Assembly (NCBI GenBank): GCA_963817885.1
Contig: CAWFQE010000004.1
Location: 21,419 to 85,418, forward strand
Origin: an uncultured Acidobacteriota bacterium
Lineage (GTDB): Bacteria > Acidobacteriota > Vicinamibacteria > Vicinamibacterales > JAKQTR01
Direction: 5' to 3'
Length of the DNA: 64,000 nt
Shown: positions 39,505 to 49,562 of the stretch, piece by piece
Position numbering within the stretch: position 1 is the stretch's first letter
Layout: the number at the start of each line of letters is the position of its first letter
The notes under the pieces: generated by a model
What the model was told of the DNA's origin: nothing
Seen by the model: the letters and a program-made list of their open reading frames with translations, nothing else
Databases searched by the model: none
Translations under genes and position numbers: made by a program

Positions 39505-40125
39505 ATGCTTCCTGGATCGATTCAGGTGCCGGCCTCCATCGTGTTGCTCGCCGGCGGGGTCGTCGCCTGCTTCGCGGGCTATCGCCTCTTCAAGACCGTC
39601 CTCGGGATCTACGGCTTCATCCTCGGCGCGCTCATCGGCAGCTCCATGATGGCGGCCAGCAATACCTGGGCGCTCATCGCCGGGGCGATCGGGGGCGGCG
39701 TGGCAGGCGCCGTGATCCTGATCGCCGCCTACTTCTTCGCGGTGGCGCTGGTCGGGGCCGGGGTCGGCGCGCTCATCGTCAACCTCGCGTGGAAACCGTT
39801 CGGCGGTGACCCGCACTGGATCGCGGTGGTCGCGTGCGCGGCGCTCGGCGCGCTCGCCGCGATGAAATTCCAGCGGCACGTCATCATCGCCGCCACCTCC
39901 TTCGCAGGCGGGTGGACCATGCTGGTCGGCGGGGCGGCGCTGGTGCTGAAACCCGCGTCGCGGGCGGCCTCCGCCGGCGGCGATGTCTGGATGGTCTATC
40001 CCAACACGCCGCCTGCCGGATCCACCTGGGTCTATGTCGCCTGGATCGTGGTCAGCCTGATCGGGATGTACGTGCAGCTGCACACGAGCGGATCCAGGAA
40101 GCGGGCCAGGAACAAGAAGCAGTAA
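39505..40125 (+). CDS. Integral membrane protein (DUF4203/TMEM198-like)
   Basis: Six or seven Gly/Ala-rich TM segments (FAGYRLFKTVLGIYGFILGALIGS...). The frame is intact. The family call is tentative. Confidence 0.45.
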   Translation: MLPGSIQVPASIVLLAGGVVACFAGYRLFKTVLGIYGFILGALIGSSMMAASNTWALIAGAIGGGVAGAVILIAAYFFAVALVGAGVGALIVNLAWKPFGGDPHWIAVVACAALGALAAMKFQRHVIIAATSFAGGWTMLVGGAALVLKPASRAASAGGDVWMVYPNTPPAGSTWVYVAWIVVSLIGMYVQLHTSGSRKRARNKKQ

Positions 40126-40165
40126 CCCGGCCCCGGCGTGGGCCGGAACCTGGGGCGGCTGACAC

Positions 40166-40966
40166 GTGAAGCTGTTCCTTCCGAAAGAACACGGAGCCTA
40201 TGCCCAGCTCGGCGCGCCGCTCGCGGCGGCCCTGCTGGCGGGCGGCTGGAACAACCAGGCGAGCCTGGCGTTCGCGCTGGCGTCCGTGTCGGCGTTCCTG
40301 GCGCACGAAGCGCTGCTCGTGTTGACGGGCCAGCGAGGCACGCGCGCCATGCGGGAGGACGGGCGCACCGCGCAAGGATGGCTCGCGGCCTTCACCGTGC
40401 TCATGTTCGCGAGCGGGGCGCACGGCATCTTCTACATGCCCGCCCCCGCACGCGCCTGCATCCTGATCCCCGCCGGCCTGGCGGTGCTGATGAGCGTCTT
40501 CTGCCTCACGCGCACCGAGCACTCCGGGCCCGGAGAAATGGTGGCCGCCGTCGCGCTGGCATCGGCGTGCCTGCCGGTGACGCTCGCCGCCGGCCTCACG
40601 CTCGTCGCGGGACTGACCATGTGGGCCGTGTTCGCGGCGGGCTTCCTCATCTTCACCATGACGGTGCGCGCGGTGACCGCGCGCATCCGCCGCCCCGGCG
40701 ACTGGTGGGCGGGGTACCGCGCGGCCGCCCTGGCGGTCGTGGTCCTCGCCGCGGCAGGGGCCCTCGCCTCTTCCGGACGCCTCAATGCCTACGCGCTTGC
40801 CGCGGCGTCATTGTTCGGCGTGCTCGCGATTCCGCTTGCGATCGTGCGGCCCGGGCCCCGTCACCTCAGGCTGATCGGCTGGGTGCTTGCAGCCGTCTCG
40901 GCGTGTGCGACAATCCTGCTGGCGCTTGCGGCCCGCCTGTCCTCCCTCGCCGGCCCGCAATCGTGA
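40166..40966 (+). CDS. YwiC-like family membrane protein
   Basis: MKLFLPKEHGAYAQLGAPLAAALLAGG is the typical YwiC-like N-terminus (PKEHGAW/Y). Multiple TM segments follow. Confidence 0.55.
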   Translation: MKLFLPKEHGAYAQLGAPLAAALLAGGWNNQASLAFALASVSAFLAHEALLVLTGQRGTRAMREDGRTAQGWLAAFTVLMFASGAHGIFYMPAPARACILIPAGLAVLMSVFCLTRTEHSGPGEMVAAVALASACLPVTLAAGLTLVAGLTMWAVFAAGFLIFTMTVRAVTARIRRPGDWWAGYRAAALAVVVLAAAGALASSGRLNAYALAAASLFGVLAIPLAIVRPGPRHLRLIGWVLAAVSACATILLALAARLSSLAGPQS

Positions 40967-41020
40967 ACGCGCCGACGGGCCGCTCGCGGGTCGAGGGCCC
41001 CGGGCGCATCAGGGGTTGAA

Positions 41021-42335
41021 CATGACCGCAGGCGACACGATCATCGAAGCCCGCCAGGTCGAGAAGTACTACGAGCAGCCCGACGGCCATCGGGTGCAGG
41101 TGATTGCCCCCACCGACCTGTCGATTTGTGCAGGCGCCATCATCGCGCTGCTCGGCCCGTCGGGATCGGGCAAGTCCACGCTGCTCCGCATGCTGACCGG
41201 CCTCGCGCGGCCCTCGGCGGGGACCGTGTTCTGGCACGGCCAGCCCGTGTCCGTCACGCGGCCCAACGCCGCGATCGTCTTCCAGAGCTTCGCCCTCTTT
41301 CCCTGGCTGACCGTCTTCGAGAACGTCGAGGCCCCGCTCAAGGCCCTTGGCGTGTCGCCGCTCCAGCGGCAGAAGCGCTCGTTCGGCATCCTGGACACGG
41401 TCGGGCTCGACGGGTTCGAGGCGGCGTATCCGAAGGAGCTCTCCGGCGGAATGAAGCAGCGGGTCGGCTTCGCGCGCGCGCTGGTCGTCGAGCCCGAGGT
41501 CCTGTTCATGGACGAGCCGTTCTCGGCACTGGACGTGCTGACGGGCGAGAACCTCAAGGGGGAGCTGCTCGACCTGTGGCTCGAGAAGAAGGTTCCGACG
41601 CGCGCCATCTTCATCGTGACGCACAACATCGAGGAAGCGGTGTGGCTGGCCGACCGCGTGGTCGTCATCGGCCGCAATCCTGCCCGCATCCGTGCCGACT
41701 TCACGATCGACCTGCCGCAGCCTCGCGACAGGAAGTCGCAGCGCTTCCTCGAGCTGGTCGACCTGGTCTACAAGGTGCTGACCCGCCCTTCCGACGATCA
41801 GGTGGTGACCTCGGGCGCAGCGGCCGTTTCAGCCTCTGCCGCCGCGGCCCCGCCGAGATACCCGATGCTTCCTCATTCGCGTCCCGGGGGCATGGCGGGC
41901 TTTCTCGAAATCCTGGCCGACAAGGGAGGCAAGGAGGACGTGCCGGATCTCGCCGCGGAGCTGGGCATGTCGGCCGCCGACCTGCTGCCCACCCTCGAGG
42001 CCGGCGCGCTGCTCGGGTTCCTGCGCGTGCAGGAGGGCGACGCCGAGCTCACGCCTTCGGGCCGCGCCTTCGCTGAAGCCGATCTCCTGACGCGCAAGTC
42101 GCTCTTCCGCGACGCCGCCCGGGCGCACATCGTCCTGCTCCGCCAGATCGAATCCGGCCTGCGCGCGAAGTCGAACCGGACGCTCGAGGCCGAGTTCTTC
42201 CTCGACATCCTCGACGATCATTTCAGCCCCGAGGAGGCGCGGCGCCAGCTCGACACGGCCATCCACTGGGGCCGCTACGCGGAAATGTTCGACTACGACG
42301 CCGACACGGGCCGGCTGCTGCTGACCGAGAGCTGA
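41021..42335 (+). CDS. ABC transporter ATP-binding protein (NitT/TauT-like) with C-terminal AAA-associated domain
   Basis: Walker A GPSGSGKST, signature LSGGMKQRVGFARAL and Walker B VLFMDEPFSALD. The C-terminal segment PHSRPGGMAGFLEILADKGGKEDVPDLAAELGMSAADLLPTLEAGALLGF... is typical of the AAA-associated extension. Confidence 0.8.
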
Positions 42336-44068
42336 TGCGCGTGGCGCCGAGGTCCTTTCTTCCGTTCGGCCGTCCGGCGCTCACCCGGACAATGGCGGCC
42401 GACCTGCTCGTCCTGGGCGTGGGACTGGCGGCTCTGTACGCCGTCAGCGTGCTCGGCAGGAACTGGCTCGGGCCGCTTCAGCCCTCGTTCGAGATCTCCC
42501 TGTCGCCGTCCGCGCTTCCGCTCTACGCGGCTTACTCGCTGCTGCGGCTGCTCATGGCCTACGTGCTGAGCCTGCTGGTGGCCATCGGGTATGGCTACCT
42601 CGCCGCAACCAGCGCCCGGGCCGAACGCGTGTTGATCCCGGTTCTCGACGTGTTGCAGTCGATCCCGGTGCTCAGCTTCCTGCCGGGCGTGATGCTCGCC
42701 ATGGTCGGGATGTTCCCCCGAAGCGAGCTGGGCGTCGAACTCGGCTCAATCCTCCTCATCTTCACCGGGCAGGTGTGGAACATCGCCTTCAGTTTCTACG
42801 GGTCGATGAAAGCGATTCCGCGCGAACTGCGCGAGGCGGCCACGGTGTACCGCCTCGGCCGCTGGCAGCGGTTCACCGAGCTCGAATTGCCGTTCAGCGC
42901 CATCGGGCTCGTCTGGAACTCCATGATGTCGGTTGCCGGCGGCTGGTTCTTCCTGATGGCCTGCGAGAGCTTCGTCCTGCGGCACCGGGATTTTCGGCTG
43001 CCCGGCCTCGGTTCGTACCTCCAGGCGGCCGCGATCTCGGGAGATCCGCGGGCCATCCTCTGGGGACTGGGGACCATGGTCGGACTGATCGTGCTGCTCG
43101 ACGTCCTGATCTGGCGGCCCGTGGCGACCTGGGCCGATCGGTTCAAATTCGAGCAGGTCGAAGCATCCGAGTCGAGCGGGTCGCTCGTGCTGGGCGTGCT
43201 GCGAAGCTCCCGGCTGTTGCGGGCGTTCGAGCGGCGCGTGATTCAGCCGCTTTCCGAGCGATGGCTCGCGCGGCTCGTCCGCCGGAGCGCCCGCACGTCG
43301 CGGGCGCCCGCGACCGGCCGGCGGTCGTGGATTCCGATGATCGTGGCGATGCCCGCCTGTGTCGTCACGGCTTATGGTGCGGTGAAGGCGATCGTCCTGA
43401 TGACGACGTTGCCGGAGACCGCCCTGATCGATATTCTCTCCGGGACCGCGGCGACATTCGCGCGGGTGCTTGCCGCGCTCCTGATCGGCGCCCTCTGGAC
43501 GGTGCCGGTCGGCGTGATGATTGGCCTGAATCCGCGCCTGGCGCGCGTGGCGCAGCCGCTCGCGCAGATTGCCGCGTCGGTGCCGGCAACGGCCTTGTTT
43601 CCGATCGTGCTCCTGATGCTGGTCCGTGCCGGCGGCGGGATGGGCCTGGCCGCGCTCATCCTGATGCTGCTCGGCACGCAGTGGTACATCCTGTTCAACG
43701 TCATCGCGGGCGCGATGTCGATCCCGTCCGATCTGAAGGAGTCCGCCGACGTCTTCCGCATTCGCGGGCTGGCCCGATGGCGGGTGCTGATTCTGCCGGG
43801 CATCTTTCCGAACCTCGTCACCGGCCTGGTGACCGCGGCCGGCGGCGCGTGGAATGCCAGCATCGTTGCCGAGTACTTCCATTTCAAAGGTGACGTGTAC
43901 TGGACGGCGGGCCTGGGCGCCACCATCAGCCGCGCCAGCGACCGCGGGGATTTCGCCACGCTGGTCGCAGCCACGCTGGTGATGGCCGTCGTCGTCGTGA
44001 CGTTCAACCGGGTGGTGTGGAAGCGGCTGTTCGGCCTGGCGAAGGATAGATATTCACTGCAGACGTGA
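42335..44068 (+). CDS. ABC transporter permease with duplicated membrane domain
   Basis: The frame is intact at 577 aa. Two permease-like halves each carry an EAA-loop-like motif (PRELREAATVYRLGRWQRF; PSDLKESADVFRIRGLARW). The start overlaps the ATPase stop. Confidence 0.75.
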   Translation: MRVAPRSFLPFGRPALTRTMAADLLVLGVGLAALYAVSVLGRNWLGPLQPSFEISLSPSALPLYAAYSLLRLLMAYVLSLLVAIGYGYLAATSARAERVLIPVLDVLQSIPVLSFLPGVMLAMVGMFPRSELGVELGSILLIFTGQVWNIAFSFYGSMKAIPRELREAATVYRLGRWQRFTELELPFSAIGLVWNSMMSVAGGWFFLMACESFVLRHRDFRLPGLGSYLQAAAISGDPRAILWGLGTMVGLIVLLDVLIWRPVATWADRFKFEQVEASESSGSLVLGVLRSSRLLRAFERRVIQPLSERWLARLVRRSARTSRAPATGRRSWIPMIVAMPACVVTAYGAVKAIVLMTTLPETALIDILSGTAATFARVLAALLIGALWTVPVGVMIGLNPRLARVAQPLAQIAASVPATALFPIVLLMLVRAGGGMGLAALILMLLGTQWYILFNVIAGAMSIPSDLKESADVFRIRGLARWRVLILPGIFPNLVTGLVTAAGGAWNASIVAEYFHFKGDVYWTAGLGATISRASDRGDFATLVAATLVMAVVVVTFNRVVWKRLFGLAKDRYSLQT

Positions 44069-44127
44069 ACTGTACAAAGATCGGGGCGCGAGAACCGCCT
44101 CGCGCCCCGGTGTCGTTCGCGCGTCTT

Positions 44128-47101
44128 CTAGAACCTGAACCCGAACGCGATGCGGAACGTGCGGCCGCCGGTCTGAGACTGGAAGGGCACGGGGTAGTTC
44201 TTCGGACCGGTCGCCTGTCCGTAGAGCGAACCGAGAATGTACCCGGTGTGCAGCCCCATCGCGTCAACGGGGCTGTTGGGGTCCTGCTTCACCGTGGTGT
44301 TCCAGGAGATCAGCGGCTGGTTGTTGCCCAGGTTGTAGACATCGAACTTCACCCAGGGACGCAGGCTCTGGATGATGGGGATGTCGTAGTTGAGCGACGC
44401 ATCGACCAGCGCGTAGCCCTTGAAGCTCTGCGAGCCGCGGGCACCGAAGTACACCGACTGGCTGCTGGGCGAGTCAGGGTAACCCTCCTGGGCGAGCAAC
44501 GCCGTCTGGATATCGGTCAGGGGCTGGCCCGCTGCCACCAGGCTGTAGGTCAGGCCCGAATCGGCGCGCAGCAGTCCCGACAGGCTCAGCCTGCCGGCCT
44601 TGTGCATGTCGAGGGTGTAGGACGACCAGAGGCGCACTTTCGTCTGCTGGTAGTCGTACAGCTTTCCGGTCGGGTAGTTCCGGTCTGCCTGGTAGATGCT
44701 CGGCAGCCCGTTCGCGCCCGGATAGTCGCCGAAGGGCGAACTGATCCCAGGCTGGTTCGGGTTCTCACCCTGGAAGTTCCCGTCGTTCTTCAGCTGGTAG
44801 GTCACGGTGGCTCCCACGGTCCAGAGCGGGAGGAACCGGTAATTGGCCTGGAAGACCAGCGCCTGGTAGTCGCGCTTCGGCACGCTCGTGTTCTTGAACA
44901 CGATGTTGGTGAACGTGCCGAAGTCCTGGCCATTCTGGACGACGTCGGTCGTGCCGTTCGCGATGTCGATGAAGTCCTCGATGAAGTTGCTCATCCGCCG
45001 CCAGACATAGGCGACTTCAGCCGAGCCCTTGCCACCGAGATCCCCGCCGGCCGACACGGTGAACTCCTTGGTGATCGGCGACGACAGGCCTTTCGCCATG
45101 GACACGTTGGCGGTCGGGAAGCTGCCAAACACGATGCCGTAGTTCGCCGGATCGAGTCCCGGAGCGAAGCTGCGGCCCTGTCCCGCGGGTCCGTTGTAGA
45201 TTCCGACCGTGAGGGCCGGATTGCCCACGGGGCTGTTGGCGCCAACCTGCGCTTCGTTGTAGCGGCCGGCATAGTGGCCGTAGGTCACGTGGAAGACCAG
45301 CTTGCTGTTCCCCAGCGGAGACACTGCCGCCGCGAGGCGCGGCACGATGGTGTCGGTCTTCACGCCCTGGATGCCGCCGGTCGACATGCCGTTGACGTGC
45401 TCGTATCTCGCGCCGAGGTCGAACGACAGCATGTTGTTCACCATCCAGTGGTCCTGGAGGAACACGGACTGGGTGTCAACGTGCAGGCTGGCACCGCGCG
45501 TGGCAATCCAGTGCTGCGTCTGCGTCTCGCCCGGCGAGAAGATCGGGATCAGGTACCCGTTCGCGTCGTACACCGGGCTTCCGTCCGGATTGGTGACGAA
45601 GTCGGTGACGAACACGTAGCTGGTGGGGGACTGCGAGTTGCCACCGTTGCGCTGGCTCCGGAACCACTCGTACCCGAGCTTGAAGTCGTGGCGTCCGGCG
45701 CCCTGGACGTTGTAGGACAGGCTGCCGGTCGCCTGCTGGTTGTCGCGATCCTCGGGGTCGGTCGCGTCGAAGTACGGCGCGTTGTAGGCCCAGTTGCCAT
45801 CGCCCAGCGCCAGCGTGAAGAACGGCGAATCCTGCATGGCGGTACTGGTTCCCCCGGCGTTCTGGAACGAGAAGTGCCGCCGCGAGTACCTGCGCCTCGG
45901 CGAACACGTTGGACGCGAGGATCCCGCGCCAGTTCGCGCCCAGGGTCCAGTTCGGCTGCTGCTCGCTCAGGAGCGTGTGGGGGTCGATCTCGTAGCCACC
46001 GATCGCCGGCTGGTTGGTGATGTTGGTCGGCGCGTCGATGAAGCTCAACGTGAAGGTGTGATCGTTGTTGGGGCTGCCCGTCAGCTTGATCTCACCACGC
46101 TTGTTGTCGTTTCCGGTGCTATACGCGATGCCTGTTTCCGGGAACGTATTCGCCGTGGTGGTCTTCGCCAGTCGGCCGGCTCCGAAGAACCACACCCGGT
46201 CCTTCACGAGCGGGCCGCCAAAGGTGCCCTCCCAGATGTCGTTCACCTTGCTGGTGACCTTGACGTTGTGCGCCGTTTCGTACGGCGTCAGCGTGCTCCA
46301 GGTCGGGTCGGTGAGGTTCAGCCGGAGGCTGCCCGAGAACCGGTTGCTTCCGCTCTTGGTGATGGCGTTGACCACGCCGCCCGAGAAGCGGCCGTACTCG
46401 GCGGGAATCCCCGAGGTGAGCACCTGGGTCTCCTGCACCGCGTCCTCGATGAAGACGTTCTGCGGCGAGCCGAACAGGTTGTCGTTGACGTCCACGCCGT
46501 TGACCATGAACAGGTTGTCGTAGGCGAACGACCCATTGATGTTCAACTGGCGCGCGTTGGGCGCCGTGCTCTCGGTGACCGACGCCGCCAGATTGGCGAT
46601 GCCCTCGATGTCGCGCCGGCTCGCCAGCAAGGCGATGTCCTCGTGTTTCAGGTTGCTGCCGATCACCGGGGTCGTCACCATCGTCGGCGCCTCCGCCGTG
46701 ACCTGGACGACCTCCTGGACATTCGCCAGCGACATGACGATTGAAACCTCGGCGACCCCGCCGAGTGGGACCTCGACCTGCTTCTCGATCGTGGCCATTC
46801 CGCTCATCGTGAACGTGACCGTGTAGGTGCCGGGTGGCAGGCCGCGGAAGAGGAACGTTCCGTCGCTGGCGGTGACCGCCGTGCGTTCGCCCTGCAGGAC
46901 GGACGACTTGATGTTGACGGTCGCGCCTGGAAGCGAGAGCTTGTCGGCCGTCGTGACCGTGCCGCGGAGGATCCCGGACTGGGTGCCCTGAGCCAGCGCC
47001 GGAAGGGCAGCACAGGCGAGAATCAGGGATGAGAGAACCAGGGTGCGCAGCCACGCGCCGAGACGGTCCGGCTGTGGCCGGTGCCGAAGGAGAGACACCA
47101 T
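44128..47101 (-). CDS. TonB-dependent receptor with carboxypeptidase-regulatory-like N-terminus (one frame break near 45893)
   Basis: GILRGTVTTADKLSLPGATVNIKSSVLQGERTAVTASDGTFLFRGLPPGTYTVTFTMSGM is followed by a plug and a barrel ending ..GGRTFRIAFGFRF. Track ORFs 45476..47101 and 44128..45837 join as ..NVFAEAQ / YSRRHFSFQNAGGTSTAMQDSPFF... Confidence 0.85.
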
Positions 47102-47370
47102 CTTCTACCTCCCACCAGGCGGATATGCCTGGCGTCGAATTGGAATTTTTCTGGCCCCCAACCGACGTCCTCATACTCAAATGGTGTGCCATTGGCAGCC
47201 GCCAGAAGAGTCGCGGTTTTCGGTGACTAATTAAGTCGGAAATCCAAGTTCCTGAATCGGGGACAGGCCGGACAATACAAACGGCTGGATCTCCAGCATG
47301 CGCAAGGATTAAGCGCGAGCCGGAGTGGGGGAACCCGCAGGCTTGTTCCTTCGTAGGTTACCTGGCGTCA

Positions 47371-47461
47371 GGCTTGGGGGCTAAGGCTTGGGGCTTCCGG
47401 CCTGGGGCTTGCGGCCAGCGCCTGGGCACCGCCCTTAGCCCTGAGCCTCAAGCCCCTAGCC
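47371..47461. repeat. Back-to-back heptad-periodic arms (..GGC periodic, then ..AGCC periodic)
   Basis: ggcttgggggctaaggcttggggcttccggcctggggcttgcggcc (47371-47416) faces gcccttagccctgagcctcaagcccctagcc (47431-47461). The right arm overlaps the stop of the ABC-2 permease gene. Confidence 0.6.
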
Positions 47462-48227
47462 TATCGCCTTCTTCCTGAACTGCTTCAGCCCGAGCCAGAT
47501 GAACAGGGCGTTGAACCCGAGCAGGCCCCCAAAGACGATGGGGCCGGAGAGGTGCGGGAACTGAGGCGCGAGCGCGCTGCGGAACCCCTCGCTCGCGTAG
47601 ACGAACGGATTCACGAGGACGGCCTTCTGGAGCACGGGGAAACTCGCCAGCGCGCTCCACGGGTAGTACGTGCAGCCCAGGAAGATCATCGGTCCGACGA
47701 TCAGGCTGAACATGATGCCGATGTGCTGCTGCCCGAGCGAGCAGCCGAGCGTCAGCCCCACGGCTGCAGCCATCGACGCCACCAGGATCGACAGCGCGAG
47801 CGAGCTCGAAGGGGTGCGCGAAGCTGATCTGCACGCCGCTGCCGAGCACCACGAGCGCCGTCGGGATGACGACGGCCCCGGCGACCAGCGCCTGGAGACT
47901 GCCGGCCACGACCTTCTCGATGGCGACGAACTCGATCGCCATCGGCGCGAGCAGCCGATCCTCGATCTCCTTCGAGAACTGGAAGTCGGCGATCATCGGA
48001 AACGCCACCGCCTGCAGGCCCGACAGCAGCATGCTGATCGCGATGATCCCCGGCAGCAGCAGGCTCTTGTACTCCGGGGGCATCATGCCGCTGGTCGTCA
48101 TCACCCGGCCGAACACGAACACGAACAGCATCGGCTGCACCAGGTTCTGGAGCAGCAGCGGGAGGAAGTTGCGGCGCGCCACGCGCCCGTCGCGGCCGAG
48201 CATGGCGAAGAAGGCGCTGAGGTTCAT
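47456..48227 (-). CDS. ABC-2 type transporter permease (one frame break near 47800)
   Basis: MNLSAFFAMLGRDGRVARRNFLPLLLQNLVQPMLFVFVFG... continues after the shift as ..ASMAAAVGLTLGCSLGQQHIGIMFSLIVGPMIFLGCTYYP.. (track ORF 47456..47782). The start overlaps the ATPase stop. Confidence 0.7.
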
Positions 48228-49255
48228 CCGCGCAGGCTCCTTCCCGTGTGGTGCAGGAACAAATTCTCGAGGCTCGGCTCGGAGATGTGGACGTCGTGAA
48301 TGGTGGCCCCCGCCGCGCTCGCCGCGGAGACAATCTGCGGGATGAGCGTGCCGCCCTGGTCGGCGAACAGATCGACCCCGCCGGGCGGCTGGGCTTTCAC
48401 TTCGGTCACGCCGGCAATCTGCGCGAGGCGCGCGGTCAACCCGTCGCTCACCTCGTCGAACGACAGCCGCAGCAGGAAGCCCCCGGGCACCGACCGCTTC
48501 AACTCCGCGGGCGAGCCCATCGCGATCACGCGCCCGTGGTCGATGATCGCGAGCCGGTGGCACAGCGCGTCGGCTTCCTCCATGTTGTGCGTCGTCAGGA
48601 GGACGGTGTGGCCGCTCCGGTTGAAGTCCGCGATGAGGTCCCACAGCATCAGGCGCGTCTGGGGATCGAGCCCGGTGCTGGGCTCGTCGAGAAACAGCAC
48701 CTGGGGATCGTGCATCAGCGCCCGGGCGATCGAGAGGCGCTGCATCATGCCGCCCGAGAAGCCGGTCACCATCTGATCGGCGCGATCGGTGAGCTTGAAG
48801 CGATCGAGCAGTTCAGCCGCCCGGGCCCGGGCGTCGGCGGCCGGGATCCCGAAATAGGCCGCGTGGAACATCAGGATCTCGCGCGCCGTCAGCGCGAAGT
48901 CCAGGTTCGGTTTCTGCGGCACGACGCCGATCAGGCGCTTGACCGTCGAGTGATCGCGCCACACGTCCAGGCCGCCGATGAACGCCTTCCCGCCGGTCGG
49001 GCGGATGCGCGTGGTGAGCACGCCCACCGTGGTGGACTTGCCGGCGCCGTTCGGGCCGAGCAGGCCGAAAATCTCGCCGGGACTGACCTCGAGCGAGACG
49101 CCATCGAGCGCCACGACCTCGTATTTCTTCTTCTCGCGGCGCTTGAAGAACTTCACGCCCGTCATCGGCCCGCCGCGCACGATGGCGCCGGCAGGCGGCG
49201 GAGAGGTGTAGATCTTGCGGAGAGAGTCGATGCGGATGCCGACGTCCATGGGCAT
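48224..49255 (-). CDS. ABC transporter ATP-binding protein (DrrA/ABC-2 type)
   Basis: Walker A GPNGAGKST, signature FSGGMMQRLSIARAL, Walker B VLFLDEPSTGLD and H-loop LLTTHNMEEA. The frame is intact at 343 aa. Confidence 0.85.
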   Translation of the reverse strand: MPMDVGIRIDSLRKIYTSPPPAGAIVRGGPMTGVKFFKRREKKKYEVVALDGVSLEVSPGEIFGLLGPNGAGKSTTVGVLTTRIRPTGGKAFIGGLDVWRDHSTVKRLIGVVPQKPNLDFALTAREILMFHAAYFGIPAADARARAAELLDRFKLTDRADQMVTGFSGGMMQRLSIARALMHDPQVLFLDEPSTGLDPQTRLMLWDLIADFNRSGHTVLLTTHNMEEADALCHRLAIIDHGRVIAMGSPAELKRSVPGGFLLRLSFDEVSDGLTARLAQIAGVTEVKAQPPGGVDLFADQGGTLIPQIVSAASAAGATIHDVHISEPSLENLFLHHTGRSLRG

Positions 49256-49530
49256 AGGTTATAGGTTACAGGTTACAGGTTACAGGGGACAGGTTACAGG
49301 GGACAGGTCACAGGCTATTGGTTGACCGCTGCCCTTGCCAGGCCGTAGCGCGACAGCGCGAAGGTGGGAGCCGTGAGCCGTGAGCGTTGTGCCGCGCGCA
49401 ATGCCGCCCTGCGCGGTGACTGCACCCCGGGTCGAGAGCCCTGAGAATTTCTTGTCGTCGTAAACGCCGCCTTGCGAGTGCATCATCGGCCGTTCACCCT
49501 GTAACCTATAACCTGTACCCTGTAACCTCT
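49254..49530. repeat. Intergenic element with complementary heptamer-array arms (A[TC]AGGNN / ..CCTGTAA)
   Basis: About 10 heptads ataggtt ataggtt acaggtt acaggtt acagggg acaggtt acagggg acaggtc acaggct attggtt at 49254-49323. The complementary arm accctgt aacctat aacctgt accctgt aacctct is at 49496-49530. The element fills the divergent intergenic region. Confidence 0.85.
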
Positions 49531-49562
49531 CCTCCCCGGCGTCCGTGTATGATCCCCCTACC

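Noticed and set aside
47102-47340. A riboswitch (cobalamin or TPP) in the leader of the second TonB-dependent receptor.
   Set aside because: Reading the minus strand, I found no B12-box or TPP consensus elements. There is only a 6-bp hairpin (ccaggcatatccgcctgg) next to the GGGAGG ribosome-binding site. Without a covariance-model scan no call is justified.
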